Positions 49,830 to 63,127 of a stretch of DNA of 64,000 nt are shown one piece after another; position 1 is the first letter of the stretch, and each line of letters starts with the position of its first letter. The translations under genes were made by a program, and so were the position numbers. Source of the stretch: Octopus sinensis (taxonomy: Eukaryota); NCBI RefSeq assembly GCF_006345805.1, contig NC_043008.1:68138001-68202000 (forward strand), in the 5' to 3' direction. Under the pieces are notes generated by a model. The model saw only the letters and a program-made list of their open reading frames with translations, ran no database searches and was not told the DNA's origin.

Positions 49830-52800
49830 ATCAAAAGTAACTTTAACTGAAACCACTTATATTGTGACTGTTGTGCCACAGACCTATGGGGAGGGCAAGG
49901 GCACTGGTTATGGCCCAATGTTCCACTGGAACTTGGCTGTTCATCCTTCTGAAATAGATCACTTTAAGTTGATCTCAGTGGGTGCATGGAAGCAGAATAT
50001 AGCAGCAGGATTGAACCAAATACTGAAGACCATTCAATTCTACAACTGTACTGCTTCAAACAACAATATTTACCATTTTCAAATGAAATCAAAGAACAGA
50101 TTATAACTGATGAATTTTATTTTTACTTCCAATACGATAGAAAGAGGTTTTCTACCAAAAATTGTGAGACAAAGATGTTTTTATCCACCCACCACCACTG
50201 AAAAGATGGTAGAAATGATGTTACATTACCAAAGCTAATAGAAATAGTTTGTTGCTTTTCTTACCAGACAGTAGAAATACATGATTTTACTATGAAAAAT
50301 GGTTATCAATAAATGATTTTCTATCAATAGATGAGCTTCTAATGGGATTTCTTCTTCATATTTACCAAACGTGGTAGGAATAACTTGGTTATTTTTCTAT
50401 CAAAGACAGCAGATTTTGATGTTCTTTTTTAACCAAGCATAGCAGAAATAACTGTTCACGTTTTTTGTTTTTTACAAAAGATTTTAGAAATAAATGGTTT
50501 TATACAAAAGATGATGGATTTTTCTGCTAAAGATGGCAGATCTAAAACATAGTTTTTAAATTTTAAATCAATTTAATTCTAATTTTCCAATTTCTTTTTC
50601 CACTTTACAAACCAGTGTTTCCCCAAAACATATTTTTTTCAGATGGTAACCCTGACATATATTCTCTTTGGAAATAGTTATCCAAATTTTTGTTGTTTTT
50701 ATTATTTTTGTAATTCATATTTAGAAATTAAATCATTTATAATCTTTATATATAAGTACTCGTCACAAAAGTTATAATTTGATCAATAATCAATCAGATA
50801 ATGAATTCAAAATAAAATTAATATGTGACATTCTAAAACATCCCAACATTTATGTAATTAATGACTTACAGAATATATGCCAAGAATTTATAATTTTTCA
50901 TATTGATTCAGACAGATGGTACAGAATTTGACACAATGAATTTTATTTTTTTTACTTTGGCAACAGGGCCAATTGTTGCATGGGACGGGTACACAGTTGA
51001 TTGAACCCACACCCCCAGTACATATGACTGGTACTTATTTTATCAACCTCCCCAGGAGGGCTGAAAGGCAAAGTTGGTTCTGGCGGGATTTAAAATCAGA
51101 ATGTAAAAGGGATGAAACTAAAAACCACATCTGTCAACTTACTGAGCTCTTTGACAAATAAAATATTCCTTTTTTTGAAAAGTAAAAAAAAAAGATAATG
51201 TTAAATTTTGAAGAAATGCAACTTCGAATGAGTGCTGCCTTTTTGATAATTAATTATTATTACTATTATTTATAGTAGAAGAAGTAATATTAGTAGTCCA
51301 AGATTTTGAGAGCATTTTTTTCTTTTCAGTTAAATAGAACTTAATGACGTAAAATGGTTTTGGTTACATTTAGGATGGTTTGAGATATTATCATACAAAA
51401 AAAATTTAAATTTATATAATTTAAAACATGTTTGAGAATAAATGAGAACTAAAAGAGATACAAAAAATGTTAAAAAGGAAAAAAAAGAAAATTAACACAC
51501 ACGCACACACACATCCTACTATGGAATTTGTCAATATCATCAAGATAACTTTGCAACTACAATACTAATTTGTTTTAATAACCATATAATACAAAATTAT
51601 TCTCTGAAATGCTCTAAAGAAATTTAAAGAGAGAGAGAGAGAGAGAGAGAGACAAAGTATAAAAGTAAGAGAATTATTTAGTGAATATTTTAAGAAAGGA
51701 AAATAAAATATACAATCGATTAGACCTCCACTAGTGTTTGCTGAGGTCTCCTGGACAAAGAAACATTCTTGAAATAACACTGGCTCTGCTGTCAGGCCTT
51801 TAGACTCACAGTGAAGACATAGTTGTCTATAATTTCCTGGGGGTAGTGAAATTAGCAGTTTCAAATTTCATAACCCAAGTGGGTCTAAGAAATGATGGAA
51901 GAGGGTATATATTTCTTACACATGGCCTCCATATTTCTTTCAGGTGTAGTCAGTTTCCAAGGCTGGAAACCCGTCTCAAAAACCACACAGCCACACATAC
52001 ATACACACCGTTATCTTATAACTTTTCTAATGTTTGCATTTTATCTTTATTAAACTTTGAACTTCAATTTTAATATTTGCAATAAACAGGTATATATTAT
52101 ATATTTCCTGGCACATTAAGAGTAACACTTTAGTTTGCAATAAACGTGCGTGTAGATAGATATATATAGACATATACACACAGAGGTTTATTGCAAACTA
52201 AAGTGTTACTCTCAATGTGACACAAAATATGGCACACATGTAATAATTATAAGCTAACTTTTATCAAATTTCTTGGTGCTTATACAAAATGATGAAATGA
52301 ATACTAATTTTCAAAAGAAAAATATTTACTTTAAAATGAAATAATAAAAAAACAAATTCTTATTCATATATAACTCCTTACATAACTAACTACCCAATCA
52401 TTTACTCTCTCTCTAGCCATGAAGCCTAGTATGTGCACTCATCCAACACCTTTTATATTAACTCTCTTTATATGATGTAATGTGTGACTGGAGAAATCAA
52501 TCAACATTTTTATCATCTATAATTATATAAGGATAGCAAGATAGGAATATCAATAGATTTGATATGTGCATTTCTCTCTCACACTTTACAATGTTGTTCC
52601 AACAACACCATTTTGAGGTGGAGGAAGTGAAAGTATGTTAGTTCTCGTTAATTCTGCAATATCTTTGTGCTACTTACTGCTTAATATTGGACTACAGAAT
52701 TGTCCTAAAATCTCAGAATTCCACTTCACATTATGATATTAGAAATAACTTTGCTAAGAGCATGGAAGTTCTCATATCTTGTCATTGCTACTGAAGTATG

Positions 52801-53460
52801 ACCATAGTCAAGACATTATGCAATGATTGGCCAGTTCATTTCATGTAAGCAGCAGCAGGACTATAAACTGGCATGGCAGTGTTCAAATCCTCTTGTAGGC
52901 CTAAAGAAATCAAATGGGAGGGGATATGGAGAAGAAGCAAACATTTGCAATTATTTCTTCCTGGAACTTCATTAAAGACAATGATCTAGTAGCGTTACTC
53001 ATCTAACTACTGCACTTAACAGAAACCTTACTAATCCTTACACACAAATCTTGGTTGTCTGACTATTGACAATCAAAATTCAAGAGAAACTTTTAAAAAA
53101 CAAAAAAAGTTTTCACCCCAATACCAACAGAAAATAAATTGTCAATAGAAAAAAGTAGATTTAAAAAAAGGAAAAACACAATAATCCATTTCAAATGCAA
53201 AACTGAAATTAGAAATTAAACATAAAAATATTTAAAAAAAAAAAACAAACAAAATCAACAAGAATCATAAATATTGTATGAATTATTTTAGTATTTTAAT
53301 AAAACTGCAAATGATAATGATTGCAGGAAGGGGGGAGAGAAAAAAATTTAAAATAATAAAAATGAATAGAAGATTTGATTTATGTTGTCATGAAGTTGTT
53401 GGAACAAATCTATGTTGAGATATATCAAGTAATGAACGTTAATGAGTGAAAAAATAATAT

Positions 53461-53790
53461 CTATTCTGTCCCAGCATTCTCTTCCTTGGAACTTTCTTCA
53501 TTAGCTTTCTCCTCTTCTTTCACTTCTTCATCAGCTTCCTCTGCTTTAGACTCATCATTTTCCTTCTCATGTTCATCATTTTCTTTCACTTCACCGTCAG
53601 CAGTTTCTTCCTTGACCTCATCTTCAGCAGCAGCTTCCTCCTTCTCAACAGGTTCTGCATCCTCAGCTTTTACTTCATCAGCCTTCTCACCATCAGCCTT
53701 TACTTCTTCATCAGCAACGGCAGGTGCAGCATCTCCTGCTGAGGCAGCTTTCTTCTCTTTCCGCCCTGGTTTGGCTGCAGGCTTTGTTTC
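53461..53790 (-). CDS. Terminal coding exon of the 148-aa protein (Glu/Asp/Ala/Lys-rich tail)
   Basis: Acceptor tttttgctttcag|GAA (phase 0), 109 codons plus TAG; 43 of 109 residues are acidic; an AT-rich UTR-like sequence follows. Confidence 0.85.
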   Translation of the reverse strand, partial: ETKPAAKPGRKEKKAASAGDAAPAVADEEVKADGEKADEVKAEDAEPVEKEEAAAEDEVKEETADGEVKENDEHEKENDESKAEEADEEVKEEEKANEESSKEENAGTE

Positions 53791-54034
53791 CTGAAAGCAA
53801 AAAGAAAACACAAAAACTGAATAATTTATACACATATATGTATAACACAAACACACACACATATGCAAAAGAGGTTTCAGTTTATGAACGAGAGGAAAAA
53901 GTAGCCAATATAAAAAGAAAAATATATCCTTTACTTGTTTCAGTCATTTGTCCGTGGCCATGCTGGAGTACTGCCCTTAGTCGAGCAAATCGAGCCTCAG
54001 GACTTATTCTTTGTAAGCCTAGTATGAGAAACGC

Positions 54035-55240
54035 CAATGTTTCTTTGAACAAAACAAACAGTTCAACTCCAACCCCAAAAGATCCTACCAAGAACTTAGC
54101 AAAAATAAAATAGACATCAATGCAGCGCCAACAGCTGAAGTGGAAGAATTTTGGAAAGAAATATGGTCGATGAAGGAACAACCACAGAAAAGGTCTATTA
54201 AAACAATGAACTCAACACCTGAACAACTCTGGACCCCTATAACAACTGAAGAGGTCACCCAGGTACTGCAAAAACTAAGCAACTAAAAGGCACCCAGGCA
54301 CGATAAGATCCCCAGCTTCTAGATAAAATATCTGACAGGAACACACAAAAAGCTGGCTGAGAAATAATATCACAGAGAATGAGCAAGCATCTGGAAGAAA
54401 ATAACCCGTTTCCAGAAGAGCAGAAGGGATGCTGCAAGGACTCATACGGCTGTAAAGATCAGCTACTGATCAATAAAGCCATAACTGAAGACAGCCGAAG
54501 AAAGAAGGGTCTATGTATGGCCTGGATCAATTACCGAAAGGCTTTTGATAGTATTCCCCACACATGGATCCTAGAAACACTAGCCATGAACAAGGTAGCA
54601 CCAATAATTATAAAATATATAAAACACTATGAATAAATGGCAGACAGTGCTAGAGCTCCAGACAAAAGAGGGACTCATGAAAACCGAAGCCATCCCCATT
54701 AGAAGAGGAATATTCCAAGGAGACACGCTCTCTCTCCAATCCTTTTCTGCTTGGTACTGAAACCTTTATCTGACATGCTAAACAGAACTGGATGTGGATA
54801 CAACTATTACAGCAAAACAATCAACCACCTCTTATATATGGATGATCTAAAGCTGTATGCTACAAATGATAAACAGCTGGAAACATTACTACAGACAGTA
54901 CATGGATTTACCAAAGAAATAAACATGAAACTTTCAAAATACAAAGACCTGGAAATAAAGGTAACTCGAATGTGGAGTCTAAAAGCAGAAACAATTCCTA
55001 TCACAGTGGGTGCATGAAAAAAAATTCAGACAAATACATAACAAAAACACCAGGACTAACAAATATATATAATATACAGAAAATGGCACTACTAGGCACT
55101 GTACACATCCTATGTAAAACACTTTCAATATAGTTACCATCACAACAAACCACAGCACATACCCAAGGCAGAGATGCGCTCATTAGTGCAGTGAAAGCAC
55201 GTTATGAAAATAAGACTACTGAACAATAATAATAATAAAA
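54035..55240 (+). mobile_element. Internally deleted R4/Dong-clade non-LTR retrotransposon in intron 2 of the 148-aa gene (antisense)
   Basis: [51 protein letters not shown], fused directly to KYKDLEI..MW..IPITVGA; (TAA)n-like tail. Confidence 0.85.
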
Positions 55241-55249
55241 ATAATAATC

Positions 55250-56010
55250 CTTTCTACTGGAAGCGCAAAGCCTCAAATTTGGGGGAAGGGATTAAATCTA
55301 TCACATAAAGGAATTTATACCAATGCTCTAATGATTCTGCCAGCTAAGTACAGGCACCAGACTTTTAGTAGACTAAACCGATCCTGATACTTGGGTGATA
55401 CATTAATTTATTGACCTTAGAGAGGGACAAAGGAAAGTTAGCTTTGACAGGATTTGAACTGAGAATATAGAAAGGTGGAATGAATACTGCAAAGCCTTTT
55501 TTCTAACAATCTAATGATACTGCCTATCTGCTTCTCATAAGAAGGACTTCTATTATTGGCTGGTTTCTAATTTAGTCCAGAAGAACAAAGGCAGACATCT
55601 TGAGGGGACAGGATTAGCTAAAAGCCATCAACCCCAGTACTTGACTAGTACCTTATTTTATCAATACTGAAAAGGGCAAAGTTGACCTCAGTGGGAATTG
55701 AATCGAAATACAGAGCCAGAAGAAATGCCACAAAGCAGTTTGTTCCAAGCTCTAACAATTCTGCTTTAGTATAATAATGCTTAAATTTCAAATGCGAAGG
55801 GACATAACTCAATATTGTGAAGTATTTCAATCTGTCACTACTAATTATAATACTACTTACTACTTAGATAAACACAAGGCAAGATATTTGTCGGAGACAA
55901 GGAACAGTTGTTTACATTGACCCCCAGTACTTGACTAACACTATATCTTATTGACCTCAGAAGGCTGAAAGGAAAGTTGACCTGGGTAAAATTTAAACTC
56001 AGAATACAAG
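55250..56010 (-). mobile_element. Three degraded SINE family II copies
   Basis: Repeated cccagtacttgact...aaagttgacct...ttgaact blocks. Confidence 0.6.
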
Positions 56011-56866
56011 GCAAGTAATAACAAATGAGACTTCTAGAAATTCTGTTTTATAAATGCTTTTATTCCTATTTTGATGCATAAATTAATAGATCTTCATATC
56101 AGCATTCCATTGTTAAAACCCTAACCTTAATAATAATATTAATAATGATTTCTTTTATTTGCCACCTGAGCGAAGAATGAAGGGACAAAACAAAGACAGG
56201 TAATAATAAAAATAATGATGATGATAATAATTAATAGAACTAGTTTCATTCCATAGTTAAGGTTGTGTAAAGTGTAGGTAAGCAGAATATATTTTCTAAA
56301 TTTGACAATTCTGAGAAGGTATAAAATTTTACCACAGAACGAGATTGATACTTTGGCAATTACATCAGGATTTGGATGCAAAATGATTCAACTTATCAGA
56401 GACCACTCTTGGTTCTAAGGTTTTTTTTCCTGTTTTTTTTTTTATTCAAAATCTTCTATAAAAATTTTGTGTTCATTTATGTCAAAACACCAATTTAATA
56501 AAAATTTGCGTAAAATAACCATGTCATTATCATTTTCAAAATTATTTGAAACAAAGGCATTCTATTTCAACAGAAATATAACAAATTGGTTGAAGGAACA
56601 ATAAAGGAACATAATGTAAAATGGGGGAACATAACAATTTGCAATTATCTAAATATTTAACCCTATTGATATCAACCCAACTGAGGCTGTCCCTGTTTCT
56701 ATGATATGAGCTTCCTGTCTTAAAGTGATCTAAGCTGCCTAATAGTTTAATGATCACAGTTATTTTACTAAAATTTTCATATTTTCAATACTGAAACAAA
56801 AGAAGTGTATTTCAAAAGAAATATAGTAACAAAAAGGTTAAAGAAAAAATGCTTTTGCTGCCTTAC

Positions 56867-56979
56867 TTTTGCAGGGGTCGCTAATTTTCTGCTACGAGTG
56901 CTCTGTTCAGGAGTCTGAACACGGGATCTTGAGCGGGTTCTTCGACCTCCATTTTCATCTGATTGCAAAATTTTCTCAG
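56867..56979 (-). CDS. Coding exon 2 of the 148-aa protein (EKILQSDENGGRRTRSRSRVQTPEQSTRSRKLATPAK)
   Basis: Acceptor ttttttgtttcattctag|CT and donor AAA|GTAAGG; phases 1 and 0 fit both neighbouring exons. Confidence 0.8.
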
Positions 56980-57055
56980 CTAGAATGAAACAAAAAACAA
57001 TAGATGTAAAATGACAAATATAAAAATAATTGTTTTATGGAAATAATTCCATAAG

Positions 57056-57283
57056 TTAATCCTTTTGATACCAACTCGGCTGAAACTGCCTCTGGCTCTG
57101 TAGTACAAATGTCTTCTTTAAAAAAGCTCTAAATTAAAATCTTCCACCAAACCTTAGTCACAATTTATGTTCCTAACAGTAACTTAATGATAACTAAGTT
57201 ATTTCACTAAATTTTTTGTTGTATTTAAAATTAATTGAATGAAACAGAGCATCTCAACAGAAGTACAGTAACGAAAGGGTTAA
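57056..57283. mobile_element. piggyBac-like MITE (TTAA TSD)
   Basis: ttaaTCCTTTTGATAC...GTAACGAAAGGGttaa. Confidence 0.7.
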
Positions 57284-57974
57284 ACAAAATATTTCATATT
57301 TTGAATTCAGTAGCTGTAACATTCCTGACAGAAAACTGAAAAAGAGATGTACATAATGGAATTGATGGAGATTTACAGGTTACAAAAACAAAAAAAAAAA
57401 AAAAAAAAAAAAAAAAGGGAATTCACTTCCCAAATTTCAACCAATTGTAAGATGTAGCTAATTCTACACTTATCAAAGACACCTAGAATTCACCTGCGAT
57501 ACTTATAATTCAGAGCTAAAACCATTACCAATGATAATCCATTCACTCTTAGGTGAACAATGCCAAAATTATATCCAGAAGTTAGGACTTTCCTTGAAGA
57601 TAACAGATAATTAACTGAGGGTCAGGTATCCATACCTCAATTATTTGGCCCTCAACAGCCCAGTCCACCAAGTCACAAATAGGTATCACAGTGTAGTATC
57701 TATTTTCAGTTCGGTGTACTGGGCTTGCCAATTACTTGAAGGGAAATGCACTTCTGACAGACTGATGTTCAATCTAGGAATTTTGTTTCAAGTGCAAATC
57801 TTGTATTTTCTTCACCAAGATCTGTGACAATACAGGTAACTGGTTAGAGTAAAGTGTCATGTAATATTTATCTGGTACCTATTTATAAACAAATGGATGG
57901 AGCAATTTATAGACAAATGGATGGTAAGTCAAATGAAAGATGACAGCATGACTACATATTTAGAAGCTTACTAT

Positions 57975-58295
57975 GCAACAGCATAGTTTCAAATTCAGTC
58001 CCACTGCACAGTACTTTGAGCAAGTGTCTTCTACTATAGGTCCTGGCCAACCAATATCAATGCCTTGTAAATTTGGGAAATGAAAACTGCAGAAACCCAT
58101 CACATATATTTGAGTGTCTTTCAATATCTCTCTCGTTGCTTAACAACTGGTGTTGGTTCATTTGTGTCCCTGTGATTTAGTGATTCAATATATAGTGACA
58201 ACAAAGTACCATACCTAAAACAAGTACTGTACTTGGTGTGAGCAACAATAAACCCTTCAAGACAGTGCCCCAGCACAACTGCAATCCAACAACCA
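57975..58295 (+). mobile_element. Old SINE family I copy
   Basis: Diverged but colinear with family I. Confidence 0.6.
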
Positions 58296-59739
58296 AAATA
58301 AAGAAAAAAAAATTTCAACTAGTTCATCTGCTTGTTCCATACAAGGCTGCTGGTGTATGTAGCTTCTTTTAGCCAGAAGAAGGTTCACCTCACACATAGT
58401 TAACGTGTTAACCCTTTCAATATCAACCCATCCATGCTCCTTTAATATTCTATTACATTTGCTTAAACCAAGTGTATTGAGTAAAAATGCCTTAAAAGAA
58501 AAGCTTTTATTCAAACAAAGTTCTGCTCGCTGTCTAATCTGATTGTGGCTGTTCACTGATGAAGACACGTCTTATATTAGATAAAGAGAGCATCCATCAA
58601 TCAACATTATTTGATGCTGTGCTGTGCTTTCACATTCAATACAAAATAGGATTTCTATTTTTATCTGCTATTGTAGAAAATAATTAACAGAATATTAAAA
58701 TTTGTAACAAAAAGCACTCATACTTACTCATTGAAAGAGACATTAAACCAGCCTAATAATTAAGTTTACATAGAGCAGTTCTTAAAGAATTATCTAAAAG
58801 ATATATGCTGCTTCAAACACCAACAGGTTAAACAGTTTCTTTCTACATTTTTTATTATGGACTGCCAATTCACCACCAACTGCAACCGAGTTAATGTGGA
58901 CCTCCAATCAAAAAGTCAATGGCTTTGATTTACTATTTAGTGTGCAGGGTCAATCTATTGCACTCCTATATGACTTAGTTTCAAAGGCCCCAACAGTTGC
59001 TGTACCAGAATTCCCTGGATTTAAAAATTAGTATTTTGCAAACTTGTAGTTTGAAGTTCAAGTATCTTCTACAAGTTTGAGAAAGCAACAGTGAGACTTC
59101 GTTGGATGTATTCTCCTTCAAGAACAAGGATGCTTGAAACTGACTGGATGTTGGCAGCAGTAGTTCACAATTCTACCTTCCATACAACAACCTTTAAATA
59201 GATATTTAACCTTCAACAGCTCAATCAATTTAGCAGTACATAGATGTCACACGAGAAGTCAAGCAAAGGTACAAGACACATCTGTAGGTAGCAGCAGTAC
59301 TAAAATATTTTCAGTGTTTCAAAAGTTACCTAAAAAAGACTAGTACCCAATCCTGCAAATGAGAGTTCTCTGTCATCTCTTTAACCTAAAGAAACACGAT
59401 TCATATCATCAGCTGCTATGGGTCCTAGTGATTTGGAAAAGTCAAAGGTTAGTGTGATTAATATTTCGCATTAATTGTGATGGAAGCTGATGTCTGAAGA
59501 ACTGGCTAAAGTGATGTGGCTTTTCAGGAATAATTCCTGGGTGTCAAATCTGGTTTTATTCAGGATTGGAAATATTACATTGCAAGTTTCCATTCAATAG
59601 CATACATTTTTCATTTCTTAAAATTCCAAAACACAGTACTAAAAAATTCATGTTCACATTAAAATAAAAATATTTTTTTAAATCCATTTATCCATAGAAC
59701 ATCTTTACACGTGGGAATTACCAGGTACACCAGCTGGTA

Positions 59740-60471
59740 TATACAAATATATCTAAACAATATATATATACAAAGATACATATACTTACATATATATGTA
59801 TACATACATATACATTTATGTATATACATATGTATATATACATATGTACATATATATATACTTATACATATATATATACATATGTATATTTACATATACA
59901 TATATACACATAAATATATATACATACATATATATATTTACATATACATATATACACATAAATATATATACATACATATATATATATGTATATTTACATA
60001 TACATATATACACATAAATATATATACATACATCTATATATACATACAAATATATATACATACATCTATATACATATACATATATATACATACATCTATA
60101 TACATATACATATATATACATACATCTATATACATATACATATATACATACATCTATATACATACATATATATATACATACATACATCTATATACATACA
60201 TATATATATACATACATACATCTATATACATACATATATATATACATACATACATCTATATACATACATATATATATATACATACATCTATATACATACA
60301 TCTATATACATACATCTATATATACATACATCTATATACATACATCTATATATACATACATCTATATACATACATCTATATACATACAAATATACACATA
60401 CAAATATATACATACATATAGATACATATACACACACACACACATATATACATATACTTATATACATACAT

Positions 60472-60515
<44 letters not shown>

Positions 60516-60580
60516 TATAGATATATATAAACATATATGTGTATACATATATATATATACACACACACATACATATGTAC
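59740..60580. repeat. About 840-bp TA/CA-rich minisatellite-like tract
   Basis: Directly visible, with sub-arrays of different period. Confidence 0.95.
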
Positions 60581-60583
60581 ATA

Positions 60584-61851
60584 TCAGGTCGTCTCATAAG
60601 TTGTGTCCGATTTTACCTATTTTAAAATTGAATATAAAATAAAATCGAATTTTAGAATGGCTAATGGAATTAAAAATTATTTTTATGCATTTGTATACAG
60701 CTAAACTAATTAAATATTTTACAGAATAATAGAAGTAAAATTTCTTTGATTAAAACCCTTTCTAACATGGAAGTATCCAAAGAGCATTTGAGGCACATAA
60801 TGCTTTATAAATACAAAAAAGGAAACTGTGCAGCCAAAGCGACTCAAAACACACACTCAGTTTATGGGAAAGAATGCCTGAATGAAAGAACTTGCAGAAG
60901 ATGGTTTGCAAAATACAGAGGTGGAGATCTCAGCCTTGAAGATCGAACAGAACGTCCAGTTAAGTTTGATAATAAGCTCCTTGAGGTATTACTTTAAGAA
61001 AATCTTGCATTATCAGTTGAAGAATTGGCAATAAAGCTTAGTTCAAACCATACAACTGTTCATTTCATCTTCAACAACTCAGAGAGGTTCCTAAACTTGG
61101 AAAATGGGTGCCTCATGAATTGTCCGAAAACAACCGCAAATCCAGAGTTGACATCTGCTCTTCTCTCCATTCTCGTTAACTCATTTCACCCTTTTTTTGG
61201 ATCGACTTGTGACTGGTGACGAAAAATGGATCTTCAATCGAAATGTTAAATATCGTAAACAGTGGCTTGGTAAAAGGAAAAAAACTCAACCACAACTGAG
61301 AAGGGAACTTCATGGGAAAAAGGTTCTTCTATTTGGTGGAACTGCAAAGGAGTAATTCACTTTGAATTGTTACCACCTAATGCATCAATCAATGCCCAAG
61401 TCTACTGTCAGGAATAAGAGCGTTTGAACCAAGCTTTGAAGAAAAAAGACCCGCTTTAGTGAATCGAAAAGGAGTGATGTTTCATCAGCACAATGCACAA
61501 CCCCACACTGCAAAGATCACATCACAGAAGATTGAAGAGCTTGGTTGGGAAAAAGTCCCCACCTACCTTATTCTCCCGACCTTGCTCCGACTACTATTTG
61601 TTTCATAGTTTACAAAATCATTTGGGGGATATAACTTTCGCGAGCCAGGAGGTTGAAACTGACATTTCAGAGTTCTTCACTTCGAAACCAAAAGAGTTTT
61701 ACATTGATGGGATTAAAAAGCTTGTAAATAGATGGGAGGAAGTCATAGATAATCAGGGAAAGTACATTGATGATTAAATTTCAATTAAATATAACATTTG
61801 ATCATAGTTTTCTTTATTCAATATTCGGACAGAACTTATGGGATGACCTGA
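60584..61851 (+). mobile_element. Full-length but decayed mariner (SETMAR/Hsmar1-like) in the first coding intron of the 148-aa gene
   Basis: TIRs tcaggtcgtctcataagttgtgtccga / tcggacagaacttatgggatgacctga; MEVSKEHLRHIMLY, VTGDEKWI, HNAQPH (second catalytic Asp lost), PYSPDLAP; several stops and frameshifts. Confidence 0.9.
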
Positions 61852-62639
61852 TGTATACATATATACGCAAATACATAAACACACACATATATATATATAT
61901 AGACATACATAAGCATATATATATATACACACACACACACAAACATATATATCTAGCACCCACTACACTCATGGAGTGGTTGGCATTAGGAAGGGCATCC
62001 AGCTGTAGAAACTCTGCCAGATCAGATTGGACCCTTGTGCAGCAATCTGGTTCGCCAGTCCTCAGTAAAATCGTCCAACCCATGCTAGCATGGAAAGCTG
62101 ATGTTAAATGATGATGATGATATATACTACATACGTAGAAAATTGGTGTGTATTTGTTTGTGGCGTTGTTAAGCTAACTCCTACATCATTTTATTGATTT
62201 TGATGAGACTTGACACGTGAGTAGAACTCATGTCTGGAAACTTCATGACATACTTAGATTGTTGAAAAAAATCAATACAGCCCTGGAAGGGACCTTTATA
62301 TCTACCTTATATAACTACTTTTCCTTTTTTAAGCACTGAATGGAAATAACCCATAACACCTGTACAATATTTTCTTTAAACACTCAAGGGAAATAAGCCA
62401 TTTTATTGATTATGCTCGATTACTTCGAATAATAATTTTCTTTTGGTGTCCTATTTCTAATTTTTGCAGACAATATTACTATCATAGTTTGACATGCAAG
62501 TAGAACTCACAACTGGAAACTTTGTGACATACGTCCATTGTTGAAAAAAACTGATAATAGGGCCCTTCCAATGGATCCTTCTATCTACTACATATTACTA
62601 ATATTTTATTTAAACAGCCCAAGGGAAACAACCCATACC

Positions 62640-62910
62640 ACATGCAGATTTTACCCATACATATATATATACACACACACATATATATGCATACTTATAT
62701 ATACATACACACACATATATATATGCATACTTATATATACATACACACACATATATATATGCATACTTATATATATATACACACACACATATATATACAT
62801 ACATACACATACATATATGTTGTAGATATTATATATATATACACACATATATATACATGTACACTTATACATATACATATGTATACACACACACACACAT
62901 ACATACATAC
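62640..62910. repeat. TA/CA tract with about three copies of a ~38-bp unit
   Basis: catacacacacatatatatatgcatacttatatata repeated. Confidence 0.85.
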
Positions 62911-63051
62911 ATTTACATGTGTCTCTAGTCATTTATTATTTGCAACTAGTACATGAAAACTTGAATAAAATATTCCATTCCTGAATCCCGTATAAATACC
63001 GGAAGCTGTGCTGTGCTGGCCTACATTGTATATCATGGTGTCACTACTTAC

Positions 63052-63127
63052 CCATGGTTCAACTGAACCGAAATAAACCTTCAGCGGCAAAAGTCATCAC
63101 TGACTAATGTTAGCAAAATACAGCTGG
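63052..63127 (-). CDS. Start-codon exon (72 nt 5'UTR + ATG G) of a 148-aa basic-head/acidic-tail protein
   Basis: On the - strand: acceptor ttttctttctgcag|, then aaccATGG|GTAAGT. CDS part is 63052-63055; its phase-1 end joins CT at 56979 to give Met-Ala. Confidence 0.75.
63059..63097 (-). promoter_or_regulatory. uORF (MTFAAEGLFRFS*) in frame with and ending one codon before the main ATG
   Basis: ATG at 63097-63095, TGA at 63061-63059, then ACC ATG. Confidence 0.55.

Noticed and set aside
58750-59620. Unique, mildly coding-like sequence in the intron of the 148-aa gene
   Set aside because: All frames are interrupted and I recognise no motif; possibly an ancient transposase, which would need a translated search.
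59711-60642. Long Tyr/Ile/His/Thr-rich ORFs
   Set aside because: TA/CA repeat lacking stop codons by composition; the same applies to the ORFs at 3397-4031, 18184-18630 and 62538-62956.
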